Of a DNA stretch of 64,000 bases, positions 48,565 through 57,796 are shown in pieces. A program made the translations under genes and the position numbers. Source of the stretch: Caulobacterales bacterium (GTDB taxonomy: Bacteria; Pseudomonadota; Alphaproteobacteria; Caulobacterales; Caulobacteraceae); assembly GCA_038227865.1 (NCBI GenBank), contig JBBRPO010000017.1, positions 21,365-85,364 on the forward strand, given 5' to 3'. Within the stretch, counting starts at the first letter, position 1. Every line of letters begins with the position of its first letter. The notes below the pieces were generated by a model. That model was not told the origin of the DNA, ran no database searches, and saw only the letters and a program-made list of their open reading frames with translations.

Positions 48565-49698
48565 GTGAATACTGTCCTGATTGTCGGGGCCAGCGGCGTG
48601 ATCGGCGCCGCGGCTGTCGAGCATTTTGCCGCGCTGCCGGGCTGGAACGTCATCGGCCTCTCGCGCCGTCGCCCCGACGTCGAGGCCGGCACGGCCTACG
48701 AGCACCTGGCCATCGACTTGATGGACTCGGCGGCGTGCGCGGCGGCGGCCGATCGCTTCGCCGGGCTCACCCACGTGGTCTACGCGGCGCTGTTCGAGAA
48801 ACCCGGGCTGATGGCAGGCTGGCTCGAACAGGACCAGATGCAGACCAATCTGGCGATGATGCGCAATCTGATGACCCCGCTGCTCGCCGCCGCCAAAGGC
48901 TTGCGTCACGTCAGCGTGCTGCAGGGCACCAAGGCCTACGGCGCCCACGTTCACGCCATCGATGTGCCGGCTCGGGAAAACCGGCCGCGCGATCCCCACG
49001 ACAATTTCTACTGGCTGCAGGAGGATTTCATCCGCAATGCCCAGGCCGCGAGTGTCGAGGCGGGGGCGCCCTGGACTTTCACCATCTGGCGGCCCCAGGT
49101 TGTCTACGGCGCTGCCCACGGCGTGGCGATGAACCTGATCCCGATCATCGGGGCCTATGCCGCGATCTGTCGCGAGCTTGGCCGCCCATTCGATTGCCCC
49201 TGCGCGATGCCGAACGTCATCGAGGCCGTCGACACCGACCTGATCGCTAGGGCCTTCGCCTGGGCCGCTGAGGCGCCGGCGGCCCGCAGCGAGACGTTCA
49301 ACATCACCAACGGCGACGTCATGGTCTGGAAGAACGTCTGGCCGGCCATCGCCGCCGCCGTGGGCCTCGAGCCGACCTATGGCGAGCCGGTCTCGCTGCG
49401 CGTGTTTCTGCCGTCGCACGCGGAGGTGTGGGACCGGATCGTCGAGAAGCACAATCTGCGGCGCGTCTCCATGACCGAGCTCTGCGGCGAATCTCATCAC
49501 TACGCCGACATGATCTTCTCTTTCGGCGCCCAGGGCCTGCCGTTCTCGGCCCTGGTCAGCACAACCAAGCTACGCCAGGCCGGTTTCGGCGATTGCATGG
49601 ACACCGAGGTAATGTTCGGCAAGTGGCTCGGCCGGCTGGTCGAGCGCGGTATCCTGCCCCGGCCAAATCACGAAAACAGCGAGGAAAACCGATCATGA
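48565..49698 (+). CDS. PRISE-like (progesterone 5-beta-reductase/iridoid synthase-like) short-chain dehydrogenase
   Basis: GASGVIG, LQGTKAYG, NFYWLQED, STTKLRQAGF; GTG start after GGAGGA. Confidence 0.82.
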   Translation: MNTVLIVGASGVIGAAAVEHFAALPGWNVIGLSRRRPDVEAGTAYEHLAIDLMDSAACAAAADRFAGLTHVVYAALFEKPGLMAGWLEQDQMQTNLAMMRNLMTPLLAAAKGLRHVSVLQGTKAYGAHVHAIDVPARENRPRDPHDNFYWLQEDFIRNAQAASVEAGAPWTFTIWRPQVVYGAAHGVAMNLIPIIGAYAAICRELGRPFDCPCAMPNVIEAVDTDLIARAFAWAAEAPAARSETFNITNGDVMVWKNVWPAIAAAVGLEPTYGEPVSLRVFLPSHAEVWDRIVEKHNLRRVSMTELCGESHHYADMIFSFGAQGLPFSALVSTTKLRQAGFGDCMDTEVMFGKWLGRLVERGILPRPNHENSEENRS

Positions 49699-50678
49699 CC
49701 GCCAGCCGAGAGATTCACCTTGTCCACCGTCCCGACGGCTTGCCCCGGCCCGAGGACTTCGCGGTGGTCGCGACGACCCTCGCCGATCCGGCCGACGGCG
49801 AAATCCTGGTTCAGAACCTGCTGATGTCGGTGGATCCCTATATGCGGCCCCGGTTCAACGCCGACCAAGCGCTGAACGAGGCCCTGATCGGCGGCGGCAT
49901 CGGCCGGGTGATCGCCTCCAACAACCCGAAGTTCGCGGTTGGCGACACCGTTCGTCACGGCGCCGGCATGCGCGAGCGGTTCGTCAGCGGCGGCCAGGGC
50001 GTCTCGATCATCCGGCCCGACCCGGACCTGCCGCTGTCGGTCCATATGCACGCGCTGGGCGGCACCGGGATCACCGCCTATGGCGGCCTGCTGGACACCG
50101 GAGCGCTGAAGAACGGCGACCAGGTGTTCGTCTCCACGGCCGGCGGGGCGGTCGGCTCGGTCGTGGCCCAGATCGCCAAGCTCAAGGGCTGCTACGTGGT
50201 CGGCTCGACCGGTTCGGACGACAAGGCCGCCTGGCTGCGCGAAGAGGCGGGGCTGGACGCGGTGATCAACTACAAGAAGGAACCTTTGGGCGCCGCGTTG
50301 AAGTCGGCTACGCCCAAAGGGGTCGATGTTTATTTCGAGAATGTCGGCGGCGCCCATCTGGACGCGGCCCTCACGCGGATGAACCCGAATGGGCGAATTC
50401 CGGTCTGCGGCATGATCTCCACCTACAATGGCGGCGGCGAAGGCGTGAAAAACCTGTTTCTGCTGATCTATGGCCGGATCACCATGAAGGGGTTCGTGGC
50501 CAGCGACTTCGGCCACCTCAACGCCGCCTTCGTCTCCGACATGACCGGCTGGCTGAAGAGCGGCCAAGTCAAATACCAGGAAACCGTCCTCGACGGCTTC
50601 GAACGCGCGCCCGAGGGCCTGATCGGCCTGTTCGAAGGCCGCAACGCCGGCAAGATGATCATCCGCGTCGCGGACTGA
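49695..50678 (+). CDS. NADP-dependent MDR-family ene-reductase (CurA/PGR-like)
   Basis: SVDPYMR, GITAYGGL, AGGAVGS, YFENVGG. Confidence 0.92.
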   Translation: MTASREIHLVHRPDGLPRPEDFAVVATTLADPADGEILVQNLLMSVDPYMRPRFNADQALNEALIGGGIGRVIASNNPKFAVGDTVRHGAGMRERFVSGGQGVSIIRPDPDLPLSVHMHALGGTGITAYGGLLDTGALKNGDQVFVSTAGGAVGSVVAQIAKLKGCYVVGSTGSDDKAAWLREEAGLDAVINYKKEPLGAALKSATPKGVDVYFENVGGAHLDAALTRMNPNGRIPVCGMISTYNGGGEGVKNLFLLIYGRITMKGFVASDFGHLNAAFVSDMTGWLKSGQVKYQETVLDGFERAPEGLIGLFEGRNAGKMIIRVAD

Positions 50679-50713
50679 CTTGCCACCTGCGTCAACAGGG
50701 GTATCCTCCGTAC

Positions 50714-50887
50714 ATGTCCGATCGCCTGTCTCTTGTTGAGGATGATGAAGTCGAGGCTGTCGCCTTGGCCGCTGCCGTCGCCGAGTCCGACGCGGATCTG
50801 CGAACCGCGCCTCATCAAGAGGTTCGGGCTTGGCTCCTCCGTTTGTGCGAGGGGGAATTCGAGGCGTCGCCGCCCCCGTGCCGCTAA
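50714..50887 (+). CDS. Small acidic ParD-like antitoxin (57 aa; not in the ORF track)
   Basis: Manual translation MSDRLSLVEDDEVEAVALAAAVAESDADLRTAPHQEVRAWLLRLCEGEFEASPPPCR, followed 3 nt later by a ParE-like start. Confidence 0.6.
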   Translation: MSDRLSLVEDDEVEAVALAAAVAESDADLRTAPHQEVRAWLLRLCEGEFEASPPPCR

Positions 50888-50890
50888 ACG

Positions 50891-50940
50891 ATGCAGGTCA
50901 TTTGGCGCGCTCGGGCGCTTTCAGATATTGCAAAGATCAC
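50891..50940 (+). pseudogene. N-terminal relic of a ParE/RelE-like toxin
   Basis: MQVIWRARALSDIAKI resembles a ParE N-terminus, then the frame runs into the antisense 3' end of the CoA-transferase. Confidence 0.55.
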
Positions 50941-52133
50941 GCCTGAACCGCCGCTCCGGCCGCCAGCATGGCTTCGATGGCCTCGGGGCCGTAGCCGGCT
51001 TCGGCCAGGACCTGGCGGGTGTGCTGGCCGAGGTCGGGGGCCGCGCGGGGCGGGGCGGGGGCCATGTCGCCGAAGCGGATGGGCGTGGCCGGCGCCGCGA
51101 ACACGCCACCCTGGCCGTCAAGGCTGGTGGTGAAACAGCCGGCGGTCTGGATCTGTGGATCCGCCATCACCTCGTCGAAACTTGCCTTCGGGGCCCAGGC
51201 GATGTCGGCGGCGGCCAGCATCGCGCCGACCTCGGCCAGGGTCATCCGGCCATAGGCCGCGTCGAGAACGGCGCGCAGTTCGTGCGCGACCGCGATGTCG
51301 GCGATGGGCGGTGTGAACCGTGGGTCCTCGGCCAGCTCCGGCCGGCCGATCGCCTCCATCAGGGCCGGAAAGCAGCGCGGCGCGCGAATCTGCACGAAGA
51401 ACCAACGCCCGTCGCCGGCGCGGAAATAGCCGCCGAGCGCCACCAGCCGTTCGTCGCGAGGCTGGGCCGTCACCGCCTCGCCATAGCGCAGCTTGACCGC
51501 CCAGTCCCAGCTGAGCGCATAGACGCCGGTGCGCACCAGCGACGCCTCGACCAGCCGCCCGCGCCCGCTGCGCGAGCGTTCATGCAGCGCCGCCAGCACG
51601 CCGGCCAGAGTCGCCATCGCCGTGGTGTGGTCGCCGAACGCCGGCCGGCAGGACACCGGCTCGACACCGGGCGGATTGAACGCCGATGAGACTCCGGTCC
51701 GGTTCCAGAACGCGGTCATGTCGAACGCTGGCTCGTCCGCCCCGTCGCCCTCCAGTCCAAAACCGGTGACCGAAGCATAGATCAGCCGCGGCGCGATATC
51801 GGCCAGCGCGGCGTAGTCTAGACCCGCGCGGCGCAGCGGGCCGGGCCGCAGGTTGGTTACGAACACGTCGGCGCCCTTCAGCAGCGCCAGCATCGCCTCA
51901 CGCCCCGCGGGTTTGGCGATGTCGAGCACGATCCCCCGCTTGCCGCGGTTCTCCATCGAAAAGATCGGATTGCCGGGATGCTCGTCGGTGCCCGGATAGA
52001 ACTGGCGAACGGCGTCTCCCGCCGCGCTCTCGACCTTGACGACGTCGGCCCCCCAGTCGGCCATGATCATCGCGCAGCCCGGCCCCGCGATCCAGGTGGC
52101 CAGTTCGATGACCTTCAGGCCCTCAAGCAGCAT
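50937..52133 (-). CDS. Family III CoA-transferase (CaiB/BaiF)
   Basis: LEGLKVIE, ADWGADVVKVE, NRGKRGI, ADVFVTN, FGD, APDLGQHT. Confidence 0.93.
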   Translation of the reverse strand: MLLEGLKVIELATWIAGPGCAMIMADWGADVVKVESAAGDAVRQFYPGTDEHPGNPIFSMENRGKRGIVLDIAKPAGREAMLALLKGADVFVTNLRPGPLRRAGLDYAALADIAPRLIYASVTGFGLEGDGADEPAFDMTAFWNRTGVSSAFNPPGVEPVSCRPAFGDHTTAMATLAGVLAALHERSRSGRGRLVEASLVRTGVYALSWDWAVKLRYGEAVTAQPRDERLVALGGYFRAGDGRWFFVQIRAPRCFPALMEAIGRPELAEDPRFTPPIADIAVAHELRAVLDAAYGRMTLAEVGAMLAAADIAWAPKASFDEVMADPQIQTAGCFTTSLDGQGGVFAAPATPIRFGDMAPAPPRAAPDLGQHTRQVLAEAGYGPEAIEAMLAAGAAVQA

Positions 52134-52145
52134 GATATGTTACTC

Positions 52146-53009
52146 TCAGGGCCGAGGCGCGTCGCCGGCCACCGTGGTCCGGTGCAGGACGCGGGCGTGA
52201 CCGTCATAGCCGCCGGTGGCGTTGTGCAGGCAGCAGCGATTGTCCCACATCGTCAGCATGTTCGCCGCCCAGCGGTGGCGATAGACGAAGCGATCCTCGG
52301 TCATGTGCTTGAACAGTAACGCCAGCAGCGCGGCGCCCTCGGCTTCGGTCATGCCCTCGATCCCAATCGTATAGACCGGATTGACGAACAGCGCCTTGCG
52401 GCCGGTGACGGGATGGGCGCGGACCAGTGGGTGGGTCTGGGCCTTGTCAGCCTCGACACTGGGCAGGATCTTCATGCCGGTGCGGCCCTGCTCGTTGGCG
52501 TAGAAACCCGCCGCGCCATAGGGACGCGAGGCGGAGTGGACCGCCCGCAGCGGCGCGATCATGCCCTGGAACGTCGGCGACAGCGCCTCCCAGGCCTGGT
52601 GGCCGTCGGCATAGAGCGTGTCGCCGCCGACCGGCGGGATGATCTTGGCGTGCAGGATCGTGGCGGCCGGCGGGGTGACCTGGAAGCTCCAGTCCGAATG
52701 CCAGGCGCCGCCGAAGGGCGAGGATGTCTCGTCGGCGTCGCGGCGCACCTCCAGGATGTGCGGGCGGTCAGCGAGGGGCGCTACGTAAGGGTCCCAGCCG
52801 AATTCGCCCAGCTGCAGAGTAAAGGCTTCGAGCTGATCGTGCGTCAGCGGCTGATCCGGGAACCAGACCACGGAATGGGCGGCGAAGGCGGCCTTGACGC
52901 CGTCCAGGACCGAAGATGGCAGGGGCCGGGAGAGATCGAGACCGGTGATCTCCGCGCCGAAGCCGTTGGCGTTCGCGCGCACCTCCAGAGCCAGCGTCGT
53001 CATGGCCAT
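52146..53009 (-). CDS. TauD/TfdA family 2-oxoglutarate/Fe(II) dioxygenase
   Basis: WHSDWSF (HxD), GGDT, HPLVRAHP, WDNRCCLH. Confidence 0.93.
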   Translation of the reverse strand: MAMTTLALEVRANANGFGAEITGLDLSRPLPSSVLDGVKAAFAAHSVVWFPDQPLTHDQLEAFTLQLGEFGWDPYVAPLADRPHILEVRRDADETSSPFGGAWHSDWSFQVTPPAATILHAKIIPPVGGDTLYADGHQAWEALSPTFQGMIAPLRAVHSASRPYGAAGFYANEQGRTGMKILPSVEADKAQTHPLVRAHPVTGRKALFVNPVYTIGIEGMTEAEGAALLALLFKHMTEDRFVYRHRWAANMLTMWDNRCCLHNATGGYDGHARVLHRTTVAGDAPRP

Positions 53010-53172
53010 CCTCTCCCACTACCGCTCTTGGCGGACGTTTCCCGTAGAATGAAGCCAACGGTCGCGCTTGACCAGTGGAGTTAGCCAGTGGGGTTGGATC
53101 GAACCGCGGAGTTCCGCGTTAGGGCTTCTGGCTCTCAAGGGCGTGGGCCACGGCCAGCGGCGGGGTACGGGT

Positions 53173-54399
53173 TTGAGAAACATAGGTTGCCCGCACTGCG
53201 GTACGCTCCAGCACCTAGGCGAGCACCTGAAAAATTCGATCTCGACGTGCCGCCTATGTCATTCTGAACTTGATCGAACGGCTTTCAAGAATCTACCCGC
53301 GGCGTTGGCTTGCAGCCTGAGTGTATTGTTGCTGCTGATTCCGGCCAACCTGCTGCCCTTCCTGACCACATCTGTCCTGGGTGTTTCGCGCCACAGTATC
53401 ATGGCCTCGAGCGCCAGGGCGATGTGGACCGATGGCTGGCCTCTGCTGGCCTTGATGATCGGCCTGTTCGTCGTGGTGCTGCCGCTGGTGCGTTTCACGC
53501 TGCTGACCGCGGTTCTTGGCTGTCTCCGGATGGGCCTCAGGCCCAACTGGCTCGGGCGTTCATTTCGCTGGGCCAATCAGCTTCAGCAGTGGGCGATGCT
53601 AGACGTTTTCCTGGTCGGCCTGTGGGTCGCCTATGCTCGACTATCGGCCACCATCAGTGTCGAGGTCGGCGCCGGCGCGCAGTGTTTTATCGCCGCCGCC
53701 GTTCTATCGCTGGCGACGCGGGCGACTTTGAACCAGAGCCATATCTGGCGTTTGATCGCGCCCGACGGCGACCTCCCGGCCAATGGCGCCGTTTGCTCAT
53801 GCCTGGCCTGCGACTTCACCGTCCCGGCGACCGACGAGGGGTTGCCGTGTCCGCGATGCGGCGACAGGATTTGCGCCCGAGAAAAAGATACTTTGGGCAG
53901 GACGATAGCCCTGACCCTGGCGGGCATGCTGCTCTACATCCCCGCCAATATCCTGCCGATCGCCACCCTGCCGATAGGTCTACACCCAACCGAATACAAC
54001 ATCCTTCAAGGTGTCATCGATCTTTCCCAAGCGGGCCTATTCGGTTTGGCTCTGCTGGTGTTTACCGCCAGCTTTGCCATACCGATGTTGAAGCTGGTAG
54101 GCCTTGGCTATTGCGTGATGTCGGTAGTGAGACGTTCCCGCCGCCGCCTGGTCCTCAAGACCCGTGTCTACCGGGTGGTTGAGGAAATAGGCCGCTGGTC
54201 GATGGTCGATCCGTTCGTGATCGCCTGTTTCGTTCCCGTCATGCAGTACAACGCCGTGATCTACGGCCGGGCCGAGTCCGCCGCCCCCGCGTTCGCCTGT
54301 GTCGTTGTCCTGACCATGATCGCCGCCCGCGCCTTCGATCCGCGCCTGATGTGGGACGCGGCGCTGTCGGCTGTCCCCGCGCCCAGGAGACTCGCTTGA
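53173..54399 (+). CDS. pqiA: Paraquat-inducible protein A (two-repeat form)
   Basis: CPHC/CRLC and CLAC/CPRC Zn motifs; WAMLDVF and IGRWSMVD; TTG start at 53173 assumed. Confidence 0.9.
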   Translation: MRNIGCPHCGTLQHLGEHLKNSISTCRLCHSELDRTAFKNLPAALACSLSVLLLLIPANLLPFLTTSVLGVSRHSIMASSARAMWTDGWPLLALMIGLFVVVLPLVRFTLLTAVLGCLRMGLRPNWLGRSFRWANQLQQWAMLDVFLVGLWVAYARLSATISVEVGAGAQCFIAAAVLSLATRATLNQSHIWRLIAPDGDLPANGAVCSCLACDFTVPATDEGLPCPRCGDRICAREKDTLGRTIALTLAGMLLYIPANILPIATLPIGLHPTEYNILQGVIDLSQAGLFGLALLVFTASFAIPMLKLVGLGYCVMSVVRRSRRRLVLKTRVYRVVEEIGRWSMVDPFVIACFVPVMQYNAVIYGRAESAAPAFACVVVLTMIAARAFDPRLMWDAALSAVPAPRRLA

Positions 54400-56111
54400 G
54401 CGATCCCAGCCGCCCCGCCGATCCCTCACGCCATGCCCGCACCATGGCGCGCGAGGCGCACAGCCGCTGGCCCGGCCTGATCTGGGCGCTGCCATTGGCC
54501 GCTCTGCTGGTTCTCGGCTACCTGGGACTGCAGGGTTTGACGCACGCTGGCGTCGACGTCGTCGTCACCTTCGACTCCGCCGCCGACGCAAAACCGGGAG
54601 ACACCCAGGTTGTTTTCAAAGGTCTCTCGGTCGGGCGGGTGAAAAAGGTCGCGCTCAGCCGGGACCGCAAACATGTCGACATGACCTTGACCCTGGACCC
54701 GTCGACAAAACCCTTGCTGCGCGCCAATACCCAGTTCTGGCTGATCGGCGCCAAGCCCAGCCTCACCGATCTCAACTCTCTGAAGGCCGCCTTGGCCGGG
54801 GTGACGATCGGCATGGCGCCTGGCGATGGGAAACCGACGCGGCATTTCGATGGCCTGGAAAGCCCGCCCGTCATCCTGCCGGGGACCGACGGGATGCCCT
54901 ATGAGCTGGTGTCCAGCCAGGTTGGCGCAGCGCGACCCGGAGCCAGCGTCTACTATCATGGACTGCAAGTCGGCAAGGTCACGGACGTCGATCTGCTGGG
55001 CCGCAACAACTTCAAGACCAAGGTGTTTGTCGAAGCGCCCTATAACCGGTTTGTCCGCAAGGGCACGTTGTTCTTCAATGTCAGCGCGGTGCGTGTCTCC
55101 CTGTCCGGCACGGGCATCAGCACCCAGATCGCGCCGGGCAATGCGGCTCTCGGCGGGGGGGTGGAGTTCGATACGCCGTCCGATATCCTCGATCAGTCCC
55201 TTGCGGCGCCCGGATCGGCCTTTCCCCTGTTCTCGGATAGAGGCCAGGCCGTCGCCGGGCCGCGAGGACCGCAGGTCTTCTATCGAATCCTCTTCACCGA
55301 TCCCGTTGGAGACCTTCAAGTAGGCGCTCCGGTCACGTTGCATGGTTTTCAGATCGGTTCGGTCACGGCGCGCAGCCTGAACATCGACCCCAACTCCGGG
55401 GTGCTGACGACCCCCGTGACGGTGGGTATAGAACCCGAACGCCTGAACGCCGGCGGTGGTCTTGTGCCGGCTCTGACGTCGTCGGTCGTGGCCGGCACGG
55501 ATCGAACCCTGACGCGGTTGGTGGTTCAGGGTTACCGCGCCAGATTGGCCCAGAGCCCGCCTCTGGTCGGCACGCGCCTGATCGATCTGGTAAAGGTGTC
55601 CGGTCCTCGCCAACCTTCCTTGAGCGGCGGTCGTTCGCTGGATGGTGATAGTTACCCCGTGATCCCGAACACCTCTTCGGGCGACATCACCGCCTTGACC
55701 GGCAAGATGAATGATATTCTCGACAAGGTTCAGCAGGTGCCGATCGTGGAGATCGGCGCCAATGTCCGCCAGATAACCGCTCATCTGAGTACCTTGCTGG
55801 GATCCCCCGAGGTCAAGGACAGTCTGGTGCACCTCGACGGCACGCTCAAACAGCTCGACCAGACCATGACCGAAGTCAGGCCCAAGGTGGGCCCGCTGAT
55901 CTCCAACCTCAATCGCGCCGCTGATCAGGTACAGGCGCTGGCCAGTTCCGCCAACGCCGTCGTCAGCGGCGATGGGGCGACGCAGGACGCCAGCCTGCCC
56001 GGCACGCTGCGCCAGCTGACCGACGCCGCCAGGGCGTTCCGCTCCCTGGCGGACTATCTGGGCCGGCACCCAGAGGCGATCATCCGCGGCAAGGCGCCCG
56101 AAAAAAAATGA
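54396..56111 (+). CDS. pqiB: MCE-domain intermembrane transport protein
   Basis: WPGLIWALP, repeated MCE motifs (VVFKGLSVG, VYYHGLQVG, VTLHGFQIG), C-terminal PEAIIRGK. Confidence 0.92.
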   Translation: MSDPSRPADPSRHARTMAREAHSRWPGLIWALPLAALLVLGYLGLQGLTHAGVDVVVTFDSAADAKPGDTQVVFKGLSVGRVKKVALSRDRKHVDMTLTLDPSTKPLLRANTQFWLIGAKPSLTDLNSLKAALAGVTIGMAPGDGKPTRHFDGLESPPVILPGTDGMPYELVSSQVGAARPGASVYYHGLQVGKVTDVDLLGRNNFKTKVFVEAPYNRFVRKGTLFFNVSAVRVSLSGTGISTQIAPGNAALGGGVEFDTPSDILDQSLAAPGSAFPLFSDRGQAVAGPRGPQVFYRILFTDPVGDLQVGAPVTLHGFQIGSVTARSLNIDPNSGVLTTPVTVGIEPERLNAGGGLVPALTSSVVAGTDRTLTRLVVQGYRARLAQSPPLVGTRLIDLVKVSGPRQPSLSGGRSLDGDSYPVIPNTSSGDITALTGKMNDILDKVQQVPIVEIGANVRQITAHLSTLLGSPEVKDSLVHLDGTLKQLDQTMTEVRPKVGPLISNLNRAADQVQALASSANAVVSGDGATQDASLPGTLRQLTDAARAFRSLADYLGRHPEAIIRGKAPEKK

Positions 56112-56701
56112 GACCTTTCAAACCCCCGCTTTCCGCCGTGTTGCTGTTGGCCCTGACGGCTTGCGCCGGCGCGACCACCCGCTTCTACACCTTGCAGCCG
56201 GCGGGCGGCCCCGGCGGGGCGCGATCCGCCTATGCGGGACCACCGTTTCGGGTCGACGCGGTTCACATTCCCGCCGCGCTTGATCGGCCGGAACTGGTGC
56301 GGAACGTATCGGGAGACCGCTTCGTGGTCAGCGACAACGATCATTGGGCCGGGCCGCTGGGAGAGTTGTTCCGGCGGGTTCTGACGCAGGATCTCGCCGA
56401 CAAGCTGCCGGTCGGCGCCGTCGTTTACCCCGACGCCCCCAAGCCGGCCGGCGCCGGTGGGCTGGTGGTGGACATTCTCGACGTAACGCCACTAGGCGGC
56501 GCGGTCGTGATGGACGTCAGCTGGACCCTTCTGCCTTCCCAGGGGCATACGGAAAACAACGGCGCCCCGGAGGCGATGCGCCAGAGAACCCTTCGCCTTT
56601 CAACCCCGGCGGTGGGCGGCTCGGTCAACGGCAACGCGATGGAACTCAGCGCCCTTGCCGATCAACTGTCCGCGAAGATCGCCACCGACCTGGCCCGTTG
56701 A
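56108..56701 (+). CDS. pqiC: PqiC-family outer-membrane lipoprotein
   Basis: Lipobox LTAC; TRFYTL, LDRPELV, HWAGPL. Confidence 0.9.
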   Translation: MRPFKPPLSAVLLLALTACAGATTRFYTLQPAGGPGGARSAYAGPPFRVDAVHIPAALDRPELVRNVSGDRFVVSDNDHWAGPLGELFRRVLTQDLADKLPVGAVVYPDAPKPAGAGGLVVDILDVTPLGGAVVMDVSWTLLPSQGHTENNGAPEAMRQRTLRLSTPAVGGSVNGNAMELSALADQLSAKIATDLAR

Positions 56702-56727
56702 GCAGAATCGGTCGTAGAGGACGGCTC

Positions 56728-57702
56728 ATGAATATCTTCAGGCCTATCTTCGGAGCGCTGGGCTTTGCGGCGGCGTTGGTCACCGTCCTCATCCTGTTGC
56801 CCGCCATCGCCGCGGCGGCGCCATCGGCGACTCCCTTCGAACTGAAGCAAGTCGGCCCTGGCATCTACGCGGCCATTGACGGGCCGCAGGGGCGATCCGG
56901 CTCGAACGCCGGCTTCATCGTCGGCGACGATGGGGTCGTGGTGGTCGACGCCTTCTTCAGCCCCGACGCGGCCCGCGCGCTGCTGGCGGAAATCGGCAAG
57001 GTGACGACCAGGCCCGTGCGCTATCTGGTCAACACCCACTATCACGCCGACCATGTCGGTGGAGACGCCGTGTTCCGTGAGGCGGGGGCTGTCATCATCG
57101 CCCATCGCAACGTTCACGGCTGGGTCCGCACCGAAAACCTGAACTTGCTGGGGGGCGAAGCCATCAGCTCCAAATCCAGGGCGCTGGTCGAGGGGTTGGC
57201 CCTGCCCGATATCGGCGTCGACGGAAACCTGACCTTGTGGCTCGGCGGTCGCCGGGTCGAGGTGCGCACGGTGCGCGGCCACACGGGGGGCGACCTGGTT
57301 GTGGCGGTCCCGGAGGCGAAGGTGCTGTTCTGCGGCGACATGGTGTGGCGGCGCACCTCGCCAAACGTCATCGATGGCAATGTCGCGGACTGGATCGCCG
57401 CTGCCGCGTCGTTCGGGGCCATGCCGGACGCGGCGCTGACGCGTTTCGTGCCCGGCCACGGGGATGTGGCGAACGCGGCCGACGTCGCTGATTTTGGCGC
57501 CTATCTCCAGCTTCTCGCCACCGCCACGGCGGACGCGCGCAAGTCTGGTCTGCGCGATGACGCTCTGGTGGCGCGGGTGCTGCCCAGGATGAAGGCCCGC
57601 TATGGCGACTGGGCCGCCTTCGACTATTTCGCAGCCAAGGAGATCGGCTTCATGAACGCCGAACTGGACGGCACTAAGCGCGTCCCGATTCCCGTGCCCT
57701 GA
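56728..57702 (+). CDS. Secreted MBL-fold metallo-hydrolase
   Basis: Signal peptide; THYHADH, GHTGGD, FCGD, VPGHG. Confidence 0.9.
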   Translation: MNIFRPIFGALGFAAALVTVLILLPAIAAAAPSATPFELKQVGPGIYAAIDGPQGRSGSNAGFIVGDDGVVVVDAFFSPDAARALLAEIGKVTTRPVRYLVNTHYHADHVGGDAVFREAGAVIIAHRNVHGWVRTENLNLLGGEAISSKSRALVEGLALPDIGVDGNLTLWLGGRRVEVRTVRGHTGGDLVVAVPEAKVLFCGDMVWRRTSPNVIDGNVADWIAAAASFGAMPDAALTRFVPGHGDVANAADVADFGAYLQLLATATADARKSGLRDDALVARVLPRMKARYGDWAAFDYFAAKEIGFMNAELDGTKRVPIPVP

Positions 57703-57796
57703 ATTCCAGCCGTATTGGTCCGGCCGATGGCATCGGCCCGGCTTCCAGGCCGAGGCATCGCGACTCTACCGCGACCCAGGCGCGCTATCCAAAAAC

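Noticed and set aside
50891-51133. 80-aa intact ParE toxin
   Set aside because: Only the first 16 codons look ParE-like; the rest is antisense to the CoA-transferase gene.
57705-57795. Rho-independent terminator between the convergent MBL and IorB genes
   Set aside because: Only short 6-bp stems and no convincing U-tract.
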